A stretch of 63,906 nt of DNA, the filler included, from Octopus bimaculoides (lineage: Eukaryota), in the NCBI RefSeq assembly GCF_001194135.2. It is 7 parts of 6 records of this genome, joined end to end, with 100 filler letters (N's around TTAATTAATTAA, not from the genome) between each part and the next. Parts side by side here need not be neighbours in the genome. Positions count along the whole stretch, not along the records: positions 57,909 to 62,479 come from NC_068984.1; positions 62,580 to 63,906 come from NC_068982.1; 5 more parts are not named here. The stretch is one strand, 5' to 3'. The position numbers were made by a program, and so were the translations under genes. A model generated the notes under the pieces. It was given only the letters and a program-made list of their open reading frames with translations, was not told the origin of the DNA and did no database searches. Of this stretch, positions 62,335 to 63,906 are shown piece by piece. Each line of letters starts with the position of its first letter. The first letter of the stretch is position 1.

Positions 62335-62479
62335 AAGCCTGCAGCCTACAAATACTAAGTTTCGGGGACGTAATCACACCATTATCAGTTGTCAAGCGAT
62401 GTTGGGGGGACAAACACAGACACACAAACATACACACACACACACACACACATACACACCACACACACACACACACACA
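62335..62479 (-). mobile_element. SINE family B middle fragment
   Basis: ggggacgtaatcacacc...gttgtcaagcgatgttggggggacaaacacagacacac; runs into a gap at its (CA)n. Confidence 0.75.
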
Positions 62480-62780
62480 NNNNNNNNNNNNNNNNNNNNN
62501 NNNNNNNNNNNNNNNNNNNNNNNTTAATTAATTAANNNNNNNNNNNNNNNNNNNNNNNNNNNNNNNNNNNNNNNNNNNNATATTCTTCCTCTGCTCTCTC
62601 CCACTTGGTTTTAATATGTTGCCACATTTGTAATATGTCTTTTTTCTACATTTTTTCGTGCAGCTGAAGATTGCTCTTCATATTGCATTTAAGGTAATGC
62701 TCACATTACTTAAATAAATTGAAGTAGCATGAAACGTGCGTACTGCAATCACTTTTGAAATCCGTGTTGCTTATTATTTG

Positions 62781-62812
<32 letters not shown>

Positions 62813-62868
62813 ATATGTATGTACGTGTATATCAGATATTGTATAATATCTATGTATAATTCGATATA

Positions 62869-63094
62869 CAGGGATGACCAAAAGTCACCTGACAGTAAAT
62901 CAAAACCGTTTAATTCCAAAATTTACATTTAACAACTGAATGAATTTAATAAAAGTATCTAAATATGAAACATGGGAATTGTTCAAACCGAAGTCCGTCT
63001 TGAGCGACACGTTTTCCCGTTCGGGTCAATACAGAATTACAGATAGTATTTATGGAATTTTAATTTACTGTCGGTTGACTTTTGGCCAACTCTG
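62869..63094. mobile_element. Tc1/mariner-type MITE, 226 bp, with TA target duplication
   Basis: TA|CAGGGATGACCAAAAGTCACCTGACAGTAAAT ... ATTTACTGTCGGTTGACTTTTGGCCAACTCTG|TA; imperfect TIRs of about 32 bp. Confidence 0.8.
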
Positions 63095-63312
63095 TACATT
63101 AATAAAGATAAGTTCAGCACATTAAATTAATGTTGCCCACTCAAACACGCACGTGAGACTCAATTCGAGTGATTGCTGAGAATTTTTCAGATTTTCACCT
63201 CCCCCACATCTTTCCCTTTCCGACCCGATTTTAGTTGATTTTGTGGGCACTATGCACTTAAAAAACTATATAGAAACTTTTTTAGTAAAAAAAAAAAATT
63301 CAATGTAAAACT

Positions 63313-63534
63313 GTGTGATTTAAAGGAGATTTGGCTATTTTTTCTAGCATATCCCATGAACAGTAAAGTTTAGGGTTGAGTAAAATCAGGTTTCAAAAGA
63401 AATTTGTTAATAGCATGAGTTTATGCTATTAATGGGGAGAAAATATTGAAAAACATCAATGCTTGTCAGTGAAAAAGAAATGAGTAAGGTAATTCATAGG
63501 ATATGCTAGAAACAGCCAAATCTTTTAATCACAC
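63313..63534. mobile_element. MITE-like element with imperfect ~45 bp inverted repeats and an internal hairpin
   Basis: gtgtgatttaaaggagatttggctatttttctagcatatcccatgaa versus the reverse complement gtgtgattaaaagatttggctgtttctagcatatcctatgaa; internal ttaatagcat-gagttt-atgctattaa. Confidence 0.6.
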
Positions 63535-63539
63535 CTTTT

Positions 63540-63906
63540 CATCATCTTCGTTTAACATCCGCTTTCCATGCTAGCATGGACTGGACGATTTGACTGAGGA
63601 CTGGTGAACCAGGTGGCTACACCAGGCTCCAATCTGATTTGGCAGAGTTTCTACAGCTGGATGCCCTTCCTTATGCCAACCAGTCCGAGAGTGTAGTGGG
63701 TGCTTTTATGTGCCACCGGCATGAAGACCAGTCAGGTGGTACTGGCAACGGCCATGCTCGAAATGGTGTATTTTACGTGCCACCTGCACAGGAGCCAGTC
63801 CAGCGGCACTGGCAACGATCTCGCTCGAATGTCTTTTCACGTGCCACCGGCACAAGTGCTAAGTAGGTGACGTTGGTAACGATCACGCTCAAATGATGCT
63901 ATTTAC
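63540..63906 (-). mobile_element. SINE-like element (family D) with an RTE-type (GAT)n tail and internal ~65 bp tandem subrepeats; cut by the window end
   Basis: Reverse complement ends CATGCTAGCATGGAAAGCGGATGTTAAACGAAGATGATG; GTGCCACC units start at 63710, 63777 and 63841. Confidence 0.7.

Noticed and set aside
63690-63906. Regular ~65 bp periodicity resembling a CRISPR array
   Set aside because: Whole units are homologous with no unique spacers, there are no cas genes, and the context is a eukaryotic SINE.

Overview
AT-rich eukaryotic genomic DNA, dense in microsatellites and broken by N gaps. The SINE families and repeat style point to an octopus (coleoid cephalopod) scaffold; this is recognition, not a database result. 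No host protein-coding gene can be supported, and almost all ORF-track entries are microsatellite, gap or antisense noise. The window is a transposon graveyard: an R4-clade LINE N-terminal fragment, an RTE LINE 3' part ending in three C2H2 zinc fingers, a full-length decayed mariner, two CR1-like LINE 3' fragments, several Penelope-like element (PLE) remnants, many tRNA-derived SINEs of at least 4 families, MITEs and a ~300 bp palindrome. The most interesting signal is a set of about seven minimal type I hammerhead-ribozyme-like motifs (CUGANGA, usually an extra A, stem II, GAAAC-GUH), all with at least one defect. Three belong to one short repeat family. One of these copies runs directly into a Penelope ORF and another sits behind a tRNA-like Pol III head and an (AAT)n spacer, suggesting a tRNA-headed, ribozyme-bearing PLE terminal repeat or retrozyme-like system.
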